Shown here: piece by piece, positions 30,693 to 39,991 of the stretch | Layout of the letters: each line of letters starts with the position of its first letter | Numbering within the stretch: position 1 is the stretch's first letter | Source of the DNA: Alphaproteobacteria bacterium | GTDB taxonomy: Bacteria > Pseudomonadota > Alphaproteobacteria > JAAXGF01 | Direction: 5' to 3' | Length of the DNA stretch: 64,000 bases | NCBI GenBank assembly: GCA_963555825.3 | Contig: CAUVXB020000002.1 | Span: 2,592,001-2,656,000, forward strand | The notes under the pieces: model-generated | Databases searched by the model: none | Seen by the model: the letters and a program-made list of their open reading frames with translations, nothing else | Told to the model about the DNA's origin: nothing | Made by a program: the position numbers and the translations under genes

Positions 30693-31799
30693 TCAGAGGC
30701 CGAACGACGTGAGGCCGCGCTGCCAGACGCCCGCCTCGCGGTAGCCCGGCTCGATCATGATCAGGAACGGTTCGTGGGTCGCCCAGCCTAGCGCCAGGCC
30801 GTCCGGCACGTCGATCATGCCAATAACTCAGTCACGTTCTCGGGGGCGACGACCCATAAATGAGAGGCGTTCTTGAACGTTACCGTCTTTTTCGAGACGT
30901 ACTTGTCGATGACGGCCATGACCTCGTTCTCGCGCCGACCCTTCCAGTACCCGTCGTTGGCGGCGACGAGAACACGGGTCTCGACGTCTATGGGGTTGCG
31001 AACATTGCGTAGCGTATGCTCGAGCATCTCGTTGAAGCAGCTCACGGAAACATAGTCCCAGTACAGATTGAAACAAATAAAACGCGATTCGAGGTCGGTC
31101 TTGAAGAAGGTTTTTTTCTGAGATTCGTATCTCCATTTGAACGTCGTGGTGGTTTCCGGGTTCAAGAACTTGAGCAGGTTGTGGTTGGGGTACGCCACCC
31201 AGCGGTGCTCGTTATGAACGAAGCCGTTCATGCGGTAGAAGAAGGGTTCCCAAGAGGTTTCTTCGAAGCGGTCGGGCGCGCAAGCGCCCCACAGAAGCGT
31301 CAGCCGCTTGCTCGCTCGCGCGTCGTTCAATTCATCATAGGCCCTGATGAAATCGTAGAAGCCGTTACTCGAGGCGATAACCGTGACGTCACCGTGCGCG
31401 GCGAGAAGGTCGGACAGGTCCTCGACGATCGCATCGCGCTTCTTGTCGACGTTCTCCACGGTATATTTTTCCCAAATGGGCTCGGTGGCGGAAAATTCGG
31501 GAAGGTAACAGCAGCGCACGTAAATGTTCGCGCCGTACCGGTTGAAGAGGCTGGGAAATATGAACCTGATCTGCCCCGGGACACCGCCGATCCCGGGAAC
31601 GAAATAGAAAATCTTACGAGCCGCTTTTTGACTGCCGTATTCATAAATGTCGTCGTAAAAATGCTTATAGAAGCCCAGGGACTCGATATAGCGTTTTCTG
31701 ATGGTGGCGCGCATGTCACTTCTCCCGCGTTCTCTGGTTCCAGATAACCCGTGTGATGTCGATACCGAAGCCGAGCGGCAGGATACGGATGACCGCCAT
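30693..31799 (-). pseudogene. Possible small gene interrupted by the low-GC hydrolase gene (fragments 31758-31799 and 30693-30815)
   Basis: RBS ggagg + MAVIRILPLGFGID joins in frame to IDVPDGLALGWATHEPF...GL* through a 6-bp repeat. Confidence 0.4.
30815..31714 (-). CDS. Hypothetical protein, probable alpha/beta-hydrolase fold, lower GC
   Basis: FVPGIGG, IASSNG (nucleophile-elbow-like), AANDG, SHLW. Confidence 0.65.
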   Translation of the reverse strand: MRATIRKRYIESLGFYKHFYDDIYEYGSQKAARKIFYFVPGIGGVPGQIRFIFPSLFNRYGANIYVRCCYLPEFSATEPIWEKYTVENVDKKRDAIVEDLSDLLAAHGDVTVIASSNGFYDFIRAYDELNDARASKRLTLLWGACAPDRFEETSWEPFFYRMNGFVHNEHRWVAYPNHNLLKFLNPETTTTFKWRYESQKKTFFKTDLESRFICFNLYWDYVSVSCFNEMLEHTLRNVRNPIDVETRVLVAANDGYWKGRRENEVMAVIDKYVSKKTVTFKNASHLWVVAPENVTELLA

Positions 31800-31813
31800 A
31801 GTGGGCCTCCAGG

Positions 31814-33664
31814 CTAGTCCATCATGCCGGGCAGCGCGGTGCTGAGCCGCGGCAAATAGGTGATCGCCAGCACGCCGGCGAGCATGATCGCGAAGAACGG
31901 CAGCGAGGCGCGGTAGACGTCCATCAGCGGGCGCTCGAAGCGGAACGCGGCGAGGAACAGGTTCATGCCGACCGGCGGCGTCAGGTAGCCGAGCTCCATG
32001 TTGGCCAGGAAGATCACCCCGAGGTGCAGCGGATGGATGCCGTAGGCCGCGGCGACCGGGACGATCAGCGGCACCAGCACGACGATCGCCGAGAAGATGT
32101 CGAGCAGGCAGCCCGCCGCCAGCAAGAACAGGTTGAGGCCGAGCAGGAACAGCCAACGCGATTCGACGGTCGCCTCGATCCACCCAGCGGCGACCGTCGG
32201 CACGTCGGCGAAGATCAGATAATTGGCCAGCCCCATAGCGGCGGCGAGGATGATCATGATGCCGCCGACCAGCACGCCGCAGCCGACCAGGACGCGCGGC
32301 AGGTCGTGCCGCAGGCTGAGTTCGCGGTGGATGACGAGCTCGACGAACAGCACGTAGGCGACGCTCAGGCTGGCCGCCTCGACCAGCGTCGTGAAGCCCG
32401 TGAAGATCGCGAACAGGATCGCCGGCGGCAGCATCAGTTCCCATTTCGCGGCGCCCAGCGCGGCGACCGCCTCGCGCGCCTCGAAGCGGTGGCGTGCGGC
32501 GCCATCGATCCGGCTGCGCGCGACGGCGTAGAGGCAGACCAGGCCGATCAGCAGCAGCCCGGGCGCCAGCGCGGCGGCGAACAATCGGTCGATCGGCGTG
32601 AACGAGGCGACGCCGTAGAGGATGATCAGCAGGCTCGGCGGAAACAGTATCCCTAAGCTGCCCGAGGCGGTGATCGTGCCCAGCGCGAAGCGCTCGCCAT
32701 AGCCGTCGCGCACCAGCACCGGCATCATCAACCCGCCGAGCGCCAACAGCGTGACGCCCGAGCCGCCGCTGAAGGTCGTGAAGAAGGCGCAGACCGCGAT
32801 AGTGACGATCGCGGTGCCGCCGGGGCACCAGCCGAACAGCGCCCGGAAGGCGCGCACCAGGCGGCGCGACGCGTTGCCCTCGGCCAGGATGGCGCCGGCC
32901 AGGGTGAACAGCGGGACGGTCGGCAGGATCGGGTTGGCGGCGATGCGGTAGGCCTCGACCGGGATCGAGGCGATCGGCGTCGCGTCGACCCAGAACAGCA
33001 GCAGCGCGGCGGCGCCGAGCACGACGAAGATCGGCGCGCCGGCCGCCGCCGCGACCAGCGTCAGGCCGAAGCCGGGCGCGAGCAGCCACGGCCGAAACTC
33101 GACCGGCACGAGCTCGAGGGCGGCGGCCAGAGCCACCGCGGCGACGGCGACGGCGCGGCCCCGGACGCCGCCCGGCAAGCGCAGGAAGAAGCGCCAGCCG
33201 ATCAGCGCGAAGCCGGCCGGCATGACGATCTCGGCGAGCCACAGCGGCAGCACGCCGCCGACCACCGCCTGCGCCGCGTGGTCGGCCAGCACCATGTCGA
33301 ACGCTGCCTTGGCGAGCAACAAGCAGACCGCCACGGTGAGCGCCCCGGCGACGACCTCGGCGGCGCTGCGCCAGCGTCCGCCGAGCGCCGCCGCGAAGCC
33401 GAGCGCGAGGTGGCGCCCCGCCGGCACCGCCGCGACCGCGCCCAGGAAGCCGATCCAGAGCGTCAGGTGTCGCACCAGGTCGATCGATCCGGGAATGCCG
33501 ATGCCGGCCAGCGGCCGCGTCGCCGCCTCGACCAGCGGCAGGCCGACCAGGCCGGCGAGCGCTGCGACGAGCAGGCCGCGTTCGGCCCGGCCCGGCACGG
33601 CCCGCGCGCGACCCGCGTCAGGGGGCAGTAGCGGGCGGCGGATCTGTGGCGTCGCGGTAGTCAT
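31814..33664 (-). CDS. TRAP transporter fused small+large permease (DctQM)
   Basis: Many TM helices; FTTFSGGSGVT, SGSLGILFPPS, LGYLTPPVGMNLF. Confidence 0.92.
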   Translation of the reverse strand: MTTATPQIRRPLLPPDAGRARAVPGRAERGLLVAALAGLVGLPLVEAATRPLAGIGIPGSIDLVRHLTLWIGFLGAVAAVPAGRHLALGFAAALGGRWRSAAEVVAGALTVAVCLLLAKAAFDMVLADHAAQAVVGGVLPLWLAEIVMPAGFALIGWRFFLRLPGGVRGRAVAVAAVALAAALELVPVEFRPWLLAPGFGLTLVAAAAGAPIFVVLGAAALLLFWVDATPIASIPVEAYRIAANPILPTVPLFTLAGAILAEGNASRRLVRAFRALFGWCPGGTAIVTIAVCAFFTTFSGGSGVTLLALGGLMMPVLVRDGYGERFALGTITASGSLGILFPPSLLIILYGVASFTPIDRLFAAALAPGLLLIGLVCLYAVARSRIDGAARHRFEAREAVAALGAAKWELMLPPAILFAIFTGFTTLVEAASLSVAYVLFVELVIHRELSLRHDLPRVLVGCGVLVGGIMIILAAAMGLANYLIFADVPTVAAGWIEATVESRWLFLLGLNLFLLAAGCLLDIFSAIVVLVPLIVPVAAAYGIHPLHLGVIFLANMELGYLTPPVGMNLFLAAFRFERPLMDVYRASLPFFAIMLAGVLAITYLPRLSTALPGMMD

Positions 33665-34646
33665 CACGGAGCCTCAGCACTTCGTCGAACGCGGCCGCCG
33701 GGATCATCGCGCCGCGCATCACCGGATAGATCGATCTGGTCTCGCGCCGCCACTCGTCGAGCGCCTCGGGCGACACGGCGACGACCTCGAGGCCGCGCTT
33801 GACCATGGCGGCGACGGCGTCCCGTTCCATGCGCCGGACGGCCGCGATCATCGCGGCGCCCTGGTCGCGCGCGATCGTCTCGAGCGCCGTGCGCATCGCC
33901 GGCGGGATGCGGTTCCAGGTCTCGGCCCTGACCACCGTCGCGCCGAGCGCCGGACCCCATTTGAGGTCCGACATCCAGCCGGTGAAGGGAAACCACTGAT
34001 TGCCCAACGCCATGATCGGCGGCGCCTGGAAGGCCGAGATCATGCCGGTCTGCAGGCCCGGCAAGATGTCGGTGCTGGACAGCGGCACCGGCTGGAAGCC
34101 CATGCGCTTCCACTCCTTGCCGAGCGTCGTGACCTCGCCCGTCGTCCAGATGAAGAGCTTGAGCGCGCGCAACTCGTCGATGCGCTCGACCGGCGCCTTG
34201 GTGAAGAAATGCACCCAGCCGGCGGTCGCCCAGTTGAGCACGACGTAGCCCTTGTCGCGCAACCGCGCCTCCCAGCGCGGCATCATGCGGGCCCAGACGT
34301 AATCGAGTTCGTCGTCCGAGGCGAAGGCCATCGGGATGTTCATCGCCGTCACGACGGGATCGATCGTGCTGAGGGCGGCCACGGTCACCAAGGCGGCGTC
34401 GATCTGGCCGATCCGCATGCGCCGCATGATGTCGGATTCGTCGCCCAGCGTGCCCGCGAAGATGCGCATGCGCACCGTGCCGCCGCTCGCCGCGCGCCAC
34501 TTCTCGTCGGTCTCGCGGATCGAGATATCCCAGGCCGAGCCCTTGGGCGCCAGCGAGGCGAACTTGACGACCACCGTCTCGGCCGCCGCCGGCGAACCGA
34601 GCAGCGCGGCGAGGACCGCCGCCAGGGCGAAGCGCCGCGCGCTCAT
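33618..34646 (-). CDS. dctP: TRAP substrate-binding protein DctP (TatP-type)
   Basis: VKFASLAPKGSAW, LGDESDIMRRMRIGQID, DILPGLQTGMI. Confidence 0.88.
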   Translation of the reverse strand: MSARRFALAAVLAALLGSPAAAETVVVKFASLAPKGSAWDISIRETDEKWRAASGGTVRMRIFAGTLGDESDIMRRMRIGQIDAALVTVAALSTIDPVVTAMNIPMAFASDDELDYVWARMMPRWEARLRDKGYVVLNWATAGWVHFFTKAPVERIDELRALKLFIWTTGEVTTLGKEWKRMGFQPVPLSSTDILPGLQTGMISAFQAPPIMALGNQWFPFTGWMSDLKWGPALGATVVRAETWNRIPPAMRTALETIARDQGAAMIAAVRRMERDAVAAMVKRGLEVVAVSPEALDEWRRETRSIYPVMRGAMIPAAAFDEVLRLRDDYRDATDPPPATAP

Positions 34647-35590
34647 CCTTCGTCTCCCAGGAACAGGTCGTCGGCCTGCGAGAGCAGCAGCGCGGCGCGG
34701 CGCTGGGCGATCAGGTTGGCCAACCGCTGGTCGGGCGCGGTGTCGACGTCGAACGCCAGCGCCTGGTGCAACAGTCCCTCGAATTCGCGGCGGTCGCCCA
34801 GCCGTACCGCGACATGCTCGGCGAGCGAGACCATGACCGATAGCCTGCGTCCGTCGGCCAGCGCCATGGCGCGGACATAATGGTCGCGGGCGCGCGCGAC
34901 GCTGCCGCCCTGGGCCTCGTGGCGGCCACCCTCGAAGGCAACCATGAACTCGTGCGCGGCGCCGCCCCGGTAGGTCTCGTCGAGCGCCAGGCAGCGGCGC
35001 GTCATCGGCTCGATCAGCGAGAGGTCGGCGACCAGATCCATGTTCCGCTTGTCCGAGGCGATCGCCGCGGCCCAGGCGACGGTCGCCCAGTAGAGCGCGT
35101 CGACCTGGTCGGTTTGGATCGCCGAAAGCGCCGCCTCCGGCGCCTCGGCGAGGCGCTCGCGGAAGCCGGCGGCGTCGAGCTCGAGCGCGCGCAGCGCGTA
35201 GTCGCGGCCGCGCAGGTAGAGCCGGTGGGCGCGACGGCGCTTCTGGCGCGCCTCGCCGGGCGCCTCGCGCTCGATCTCGTCGGCCGGCAGCGCGACATAG
35301 GCGTAGGCATATTGCGTGAAGCCGCTCGCCGCGGCGACCAGCAGGCCGCGATGGTCGGGCAGCTCTTCGAGCAGGCCCTCGATCGTCTTCAGGCCGAAGG
35401 GGATCGCCTGGCCGACCAGCTCGACGTCGCCGTCGGTCGCATAGACGGCGCTACTGTCGGCCAGACTGTCGGCGACCGCGCGGGTCGCCATACGCTCGAC
35501 GGCCGCACAGCCCGGCGACGCTATCAGGGCGCAGAACGCCCCGATCGGGAGGATGCGCCGCCGGACGATGCGTTTGTCGGAACCAGCCAT
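34643..35590 (-). CDS. TRAP transporter TatT component (TPAT system)
   Basis: Lipoprotein-like signal ending SPGC; D.ELVGQAIPFGLKTIEGLL, SGFTQYAYAYV, LYLRGRDY, ARDHY.RA, NLIAQRRA; directly upstream of dctP. Confidence 0.85.
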   Translation of the reverse strand: MAGSDKRIVRRRILPIGAFCALIASPGCAAVERMATRAVADSLADSSAVYATDGDVELVGQAIPFGLKTIEGLLEELPDHRGLLVAAASGFTQYAYAYVALPADEIEREAPGEARQKRRRAHRLYLRGRDYALRALELDAAGFRERLAEAPEAALSAIQTDQVDALYWATVAWAAAIASDKRNMDLVADLSLIEPMTRRCLALDETYRGGAAHEFMVAFEGGRHEAQGGSVARARDHYVRAMALADGRRLSVMVSLAEHVAVRLGDRREFEGLLHQALAFDVDTAPDQRLANLIAQRRAALLLSQADDLFLGDEG

Positions 35591-35662
35591 GCTGCCCAAA
35601 TATCGAGCGGCCTATGAAATTCAAAATCCTTGGATTTCCCGACTGGGGTAGCGCCTTCGGTA

Positions 35663-35695
35663 ATACCAAGGATCAGCGATAAAGACCCTTGGTAT
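35663..35695. repeat. REP-like palindrome (partial second copy at 37226-37256)
   Basis: ataccaagg-atcagcgataaagac-ccttggtat; ataccaaggatcagc recurs at 37227. Confidence 0.6.
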
Positions 35696-35707
35696 AAGAC
35701 GCCGGTC

Positions 35708-36184
35708 TCAGCCCCGCCTGATTTCGGTGGCGGCGTCGAGCACGGCGCGAACGATCTTGTCGTAGCCGGTGCAGCGGCACAGGTTGCCGGCCAGCCAGTA
35801 GCGCACCTCGGTCTCGGATGGGTCCGGGTTGCGCTCGAGCAGCGCCTTGGCGGCGACCAGGAAGCCCGGCGTGCAGATGCCGCACTGCAGCGCGGCGTGA
35901 TCGAGGAACTTGGCCTGCAGCGGATGCAGTCGCTCGCCCTCGGCCATGCCCTCGATGGTCTCGATCTCGCGGCCCTCGGCCTCGACCCCGAGCACCAGAC
36001 AGGAACACACCAGTCGGCCATCGAGCATGACCGAGCAGGCGCCGCAGTCACCCGACGCGCAGCCCTCCTTGCTGCCGGTCAGGCCGAGCCGGTCGCGCAG
36101 CACGTCGAGCAGTGTCTCCTGCGGCTCGCACAGGAACTCGGCGGCATCGCCGTTGATCGTGGTCGTCGTGTGATAGCTCGCCAT
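35708..36184 (-). CDS. Molybdo-flavoenzyme small 2Fe-2S subunit (CoxS/XdhC-like)
   Basis: GSKEGCASGDCGAC...SC, QCGICTPG, GNLCRCTGY. Confidence 0.93.
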   Translation of the reverse strand: MASYHTTTTINGDAAEFLCEPQETLLDVLRDRLGLTGSKEGCASGDCGACSVMLDGRLVCSCLVLGVEAEGREIETIEGMAEGERLHPLQAKFLDHAALQCGICTPGFLVAAKALLERNPDPSETEVRYWLAGNLCRCTGYDKIVRAVLDAATEIRRG

Positions 36185-37047
36185 CAGCCGGTCCCCGCCC
36201 TGTCGCGCGCGATTACGGCGGCGCGGCGCGCCAGCACACCGGCCACCTTGGTGCGGAATTCTATCGTGCCACGCTTGTCGTCGATCGGCCGGCAGGCGGC
36301 CGACGCAGCGTCGGCCAGACGCGCCAGCGCAGCGTCGTCCAGGCGCGAGCCGTCGAGCGCCGCGCCGGCCTCGGCGACCAGCAGCACGCGCGCCGCCACC
36401 GCGCCGAGCGCGACGCGCGCGTCGCGGCAGACGCCGTCGTCGTCGAGCGTCAGGCTGACGCCGGCGCCGACCACCGCGATGTCCATCTCGGTACGCGGGA
36501 TGAAGCGCAGGTAGGCATCGCCCGAGCGTGGCGGGCGCCGCGGCAGGAAGATCGAGGTGACGAACTCGCCGCTGGCGAGCGAGGTCGCGCCCGGGCCGGT
36601 CGCGATGTCGGCGACCGGCGCCTCGCGCGTGCCGTCGGGCCCGGCGATCGTCGCCAGCGCGGCGGCAGCGATCAGCGCCGGCACACTGTCGGCGGCGGGC
36701 GAGGCGTTGCACAGATTGCCGCCCAGCGTCGCGCGGCCCTGGATCTGGGTCGAGCCGATCAACTCGGCGGCCTCGACGACGCCCGGCCAGGCGGCGACCA
36801 GCGCGGCGCATTCGCCGAGCTCGGCGCCCGACACCGCGGCGCCGATGCGAAAGCCGCCGTCGACGGCCTCTATCGCGCGCAGCGCGGCGATCCGCTTGAC
36901 GTCGACCACCAGAGCGGGTTCGACCAGCCCCGAGCGCATCTGGACCAGGAGATCGGTACCGCCGGCCAGCACACGCGCCGTACCGCCGGCGCCGGCCAGC
37001 AGGCCGACCGCCGCATCGATCGTTTCGGGCGCCTCGTAGCGCATCAT
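36184..37047 (-). CDS. Molybdo-flavoenzyme FAD-binding subunit (CoxM/XdhB-like)
   Basis: LAGGTDL, IGSTQIQGRATLGGNLCNASPAADS, PIDDKRGT. Confidence 0.93.
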   Translation of the reverse strand: MMRYEAPETIDAAVGLLAGAGGTARVLAGGTDLLVQMRSGLVEPALVVDVKRIAALRAIEAVDGGFRIGAAVSGAELGECAALVAAWPGVVEAAELIGSTQIQGRATLGGNLCNASPAADSVPALIAAAALATIAGPDGTREAPVADIATGPGATSLASGEFVTSIFLPRRPPRSGDAYLRFIPRTEMDIAVVGAGVSLTLDDDGVCRDARVALGAVAARVLLVAEAGAALDGSRLDDAALARLADAASAACRPIDDKRGTIEFRTKVAGVLARRAAVIARDRAGTG

Positions 37048-37409
37048 CGCGGAACCATCCTCATGCCGTATGAAGCCGAGAGAATAATGCCACACGCTTG
37101 CAGCGGGTAGCGAAACATCGCATGGGGCCCATTCGCGCAACGCATGGCACGCCGCGCCGCGCTCTCATCCCTTGGCGCCGCCAAATTCTCGCCGTCTGAG
37201 ACCGCGCCCCGACACGTCCACCGGTTATACCAAGGATCAGCCCAGCCATGACCCTTTCGCATGCCTGATGTGCGGCCTTAGCAATACTTCGGGCCCTGGG
37301 GATGCTTACCTATGCTGCAACGCAACAAACACCGCAACCCGCTACGACAACGCCGCGCCATACCGCTTTTCAGAGCAATGGCCGCACTCGGAACAAGGAA
37401 ACCATAGCC

Positions 37410-37553
37410 ATGCAAAACCTCTTCCAGACGATCCGCCAATGGCAGCGCAGCAACGCGGCGGCCAGAATGCTCAACCGGATGGACGACAACATGCTCGCCG
37501 ATATCGGCCTTGCCCGCGGCGACATCCGCAAGGCCGTTCACATCTTTCACTGA
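37410..37553 (+). CDS. DUF1127 small protein
   Basis: 47 aa with LNRMDDNMLADIGLARGDI signature; RBS aagga. Confidence 0.85.
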   Translation: MQNLFQTIRQWQRSNAAARMLNRMDDNMLADIGLARGDIRKAVHIFH

Positions 37554-37790
37554 CGGCACGGGCGGCGCTCCAGCGCCGCATGCGATCAAATTAGTCCGAT
37601 CGAACGGCGGCCCCTCGCAGGGTCGCCGTTTTCGTTCGAGCTCGGGCCGCCTTCCAGGCGGCAAGCGGTGCCCCTTCGACGGCGTGGCAGGCGACGGTCG
37701 CGTCGACGCGGCGCCGAGGCGAAGGCGGCCGTCGAGCGCCGACGCCAGGACGTAGAGCTTGCCAAGGTGAGAGAGCGGCACCTCGCTGCC

Positions 37791-37896
37791 TTGGCTGCTT
37801 GGCTGCTTGGCTGCTTGGCTTGGCTGCTTGGCTGCTTGGCTGCTTGGCTGCTTGGCTGCTTGGCTGCTTGGCTGCTTGGCTGCTTGGCTGCTTGGC
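37791..37896. repeat. Octamer tandem repeat (TTGGCTGC)n
   Basis: 3 units + TTGGC + 9 units + TTGGC. Confidence 0.97.
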
Positions 37897-38265
37897 GCGA
37901 GGCCGAAGAGCCGATCTCTCTCGCGCAATGCCGCCGGCTGCGAGCAAGCGGCGGCACTGCCGACCGAGCTGCGCGATATCGCCCAGCGGTACGGGCGAAC
38001 ACAGCAATTCGCATGTCGTCTCGCCGATATCCGTTCCCGGCATGAGCAGAAGGACCGGTTCCTCGGACGGCTGGCCGCCGCTGGGCTCGGCCGAGGATGC
38101 TCGCCTGGCGTCACGCCTAGCGCACCATGTATGAGCAAATCAGACTAAGCAATCGCGGTCGGCCACCCGTCCCGCGCAAGGCTGCCTTGCGGTATGCAGG
38201 CTTGTCGGACGCCCGCCTTTGCGTGTAAAGCTCTGCCGGACGCCCGCACGCGCGCAAGGAATATC

Positions 38266-39630
38266 ATGTCCGCACCGCCGACATCGGCCGGCCCCACCGT
38301 CAACGACAAACGTGAGCTGTTCGACTACCTCGCCTCGGCGTGCAAGCCGCGTGATGCGTGGTTGATCGGCACCGAGCACGAGAAGTTCGGCTTCCGCGGC
38401 TCAGACAACGCGCCGCTGCCCTACGACGGCCCGCAGGGCATCCGCGCCATGCTCGAGGGCATGCAGCGCTTCGGCTGGCAGCCGGTCGTGGAGGACGGCA
38501 ACGTCATCGCGCTGACGCTCGACAACCAGGCGATCACGCTCGAGCCGGGCGGCCAGTTCGAGCTGTCGGGTTCGCCGTTTTCCGACGTCCACCAGACCTG
38601 CCGCGAGGCCAACACGCATTTGAAGCAGGTGCGCGAGGTGGCGCACGAAATCGGCGTCGACTTCGTCGGCGTCGGCTTCCAGCCCAAGTGGCGGCGCGAA
38701 GACATCCCGGTCATGCCCAAGGGGCGCTACGACATCATGCGCGCCTATATGCCGACGCGCGGCTCGCTCGGCCTCGACATGATGCTGCGTACCTGCACGG
38801 TGCAGGTCAATCTCGACTTCGCCGACGAGGCCGACATGGTGACCAAGATGCGCGTCGGCCTGGCGCTGCAGCCGATCGCCACGGCGCTGTTCGCCAATTC
38901 GCCGTTCACCGAGGGCAAACCGAACGGCTATCTCAGCTATCGCAGCACGATCTGGACCGACACCGATCCCGACCGCTGCGGCATCCTGCCCTTCGTGTTC
39001 GACGACGACATGGGCTTCGAGCGCTACGCCGAGCACGCGCTCGACGTGCCGATGTATTTCATCCACCGCGACGGCGCCTACATCGACGTCTCGGGCCAGT
39101 CGTTCCGCGACTTCCTCGACGGCCGGCTGCCGGCGCTGCCCGGCGAGCGGCCGACGCTCGCGGATTGGGAGAGCCACCTGACCACGCTGTTCCCCGAGGT
39201 GCGCCTTAAGCGTTTCATCGAGATGCGCGGCGCCGACGGCGGGCCGTGGGACATCATCTGCGCGCTGCCCGCCATTTGGGTCGGCCTGCTCTACGACCAG
39301 GGCGTGCTCGATCAGGCGTGGCAGATGGTCAAGGACTGGAGCAACGCCGACCACGAATACCTGCGCGCCGAGGTGCCGCGCACGGCGCTGCACACCGAAT
39401 TCCGGGGCCGCAGCCTGCAGGCGCTCGCCAAGGACGTGCTGGCGCTGTCGCGCGAGGGTCTCAAGCGCCGCGCGGTGATCGATTCGCGGGGCAAGGACGA
39501 GAGCCATTTCCTCGACCCGCTCGACGCCATCGCCCTGACCGGCAAGACGCCGGCCGAGGGCCTCCTGGAGGCCTACGACGGCTATTGGGAAGGCGACATC
39601 GACAACCTGTTCGCCGACATCGCGTATTAG
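38266..39630 (+). CDS. gshA: Glutamate--cysteine ligase
   Basis: IGTEHEKF, TLEPGGQFELSG, MPKGRY, TCTVQVNLDF, FPEVRLKRFIEMRGAD. Confidence 0.96.
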   Translation: MSAPPTSAGPTVNDKRELFDYLASACKPRDAWLIGTEHEKFGFRGSDNAPLPYDGPQGIRAMLEGMQRFGWQPVVEDGNVIALTLDNQAITLEPGGQFELSGSPFSDVHQTCREANTHLKQVREVAHEIGVDFVGVGFQPKWRREDIPVMPKGRYDIMRAYMPTRGSLGLDMMLRTCTVQVNLDFADEADMVTKMRVGLALQPIATALFANSPFTEGKPNGYLSYRSTIWTDTDPDRCGILPFVFDDDMGFERYAEHALDVPMYFIHRDGAYIDVSGQSFRDFLDGRLPALPGERPTLADWESHLTTLFPEVRLKRFIEMRGADGGPWDIICALPAIWVGLLYDQGVLDQAWQMVKDWSNADHEYLRAEVPRTALHTEFRGRSLQALAKDVLALSREGLKRRAVIDSRGKDESHFLDPLDAIALTGKTPAEGLLEAYDGYWEGDIDNLFADIAY

Positions 39631-39754
39631 GTGAGACGATGCCACATTGTCGGACGGTATGGCGGCGCCGTTAAGCCGTGTTCCGCCGTCTGATCATGCC
39701 GCCAAAATCCTGTTTTTCACATCGTGTTGCCGCTGTTGTGCCTGTCGGGATGTC

Positions 39755-39830
39755 GGCCGCCGCCGGCGTTTGGCCGGCCAGGGCGGCACAGGGCCGTTCG
39801 GTGTTGTAGAAGTCGATCCACTCACGGTAG
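39755..39830 (-). pseudogene. Remnant of an IS3-type transposase C-terminus
   Basis: WIDFYNTERPCAALAGQTP resembles W..FYN.ERPHSAL..TP. Confidence 0.55.
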
Positions 39831-39991
39831 GAAATCGGCGACCCTAGGCCCGCCACCGGGCCTGTACCACTCGCGCCCTGTGCCGACGCTGGCGAAATCG
39901 ACACCCCGACCTTCCACAGGCAGTCTGCCGAGATGCTAGCGATTTATGTCAAAGCGCCGACACAGGTCGCCGCGAACAATACACATGACAG

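Noticed and set aside
37553-37790. Cuckoo-type sRNAs often found after DUF1127 genes
   Set aside because: No CCTCCTCCC loop motifs found
37791-37896. CRISPR array or repeat-protein ORFs (AAWLLGCL / QAAKQPSS)
   Set aside because: Contiguous 8-bp units with no spacers and no cas genes; the ORFs are translations of the microsatellite
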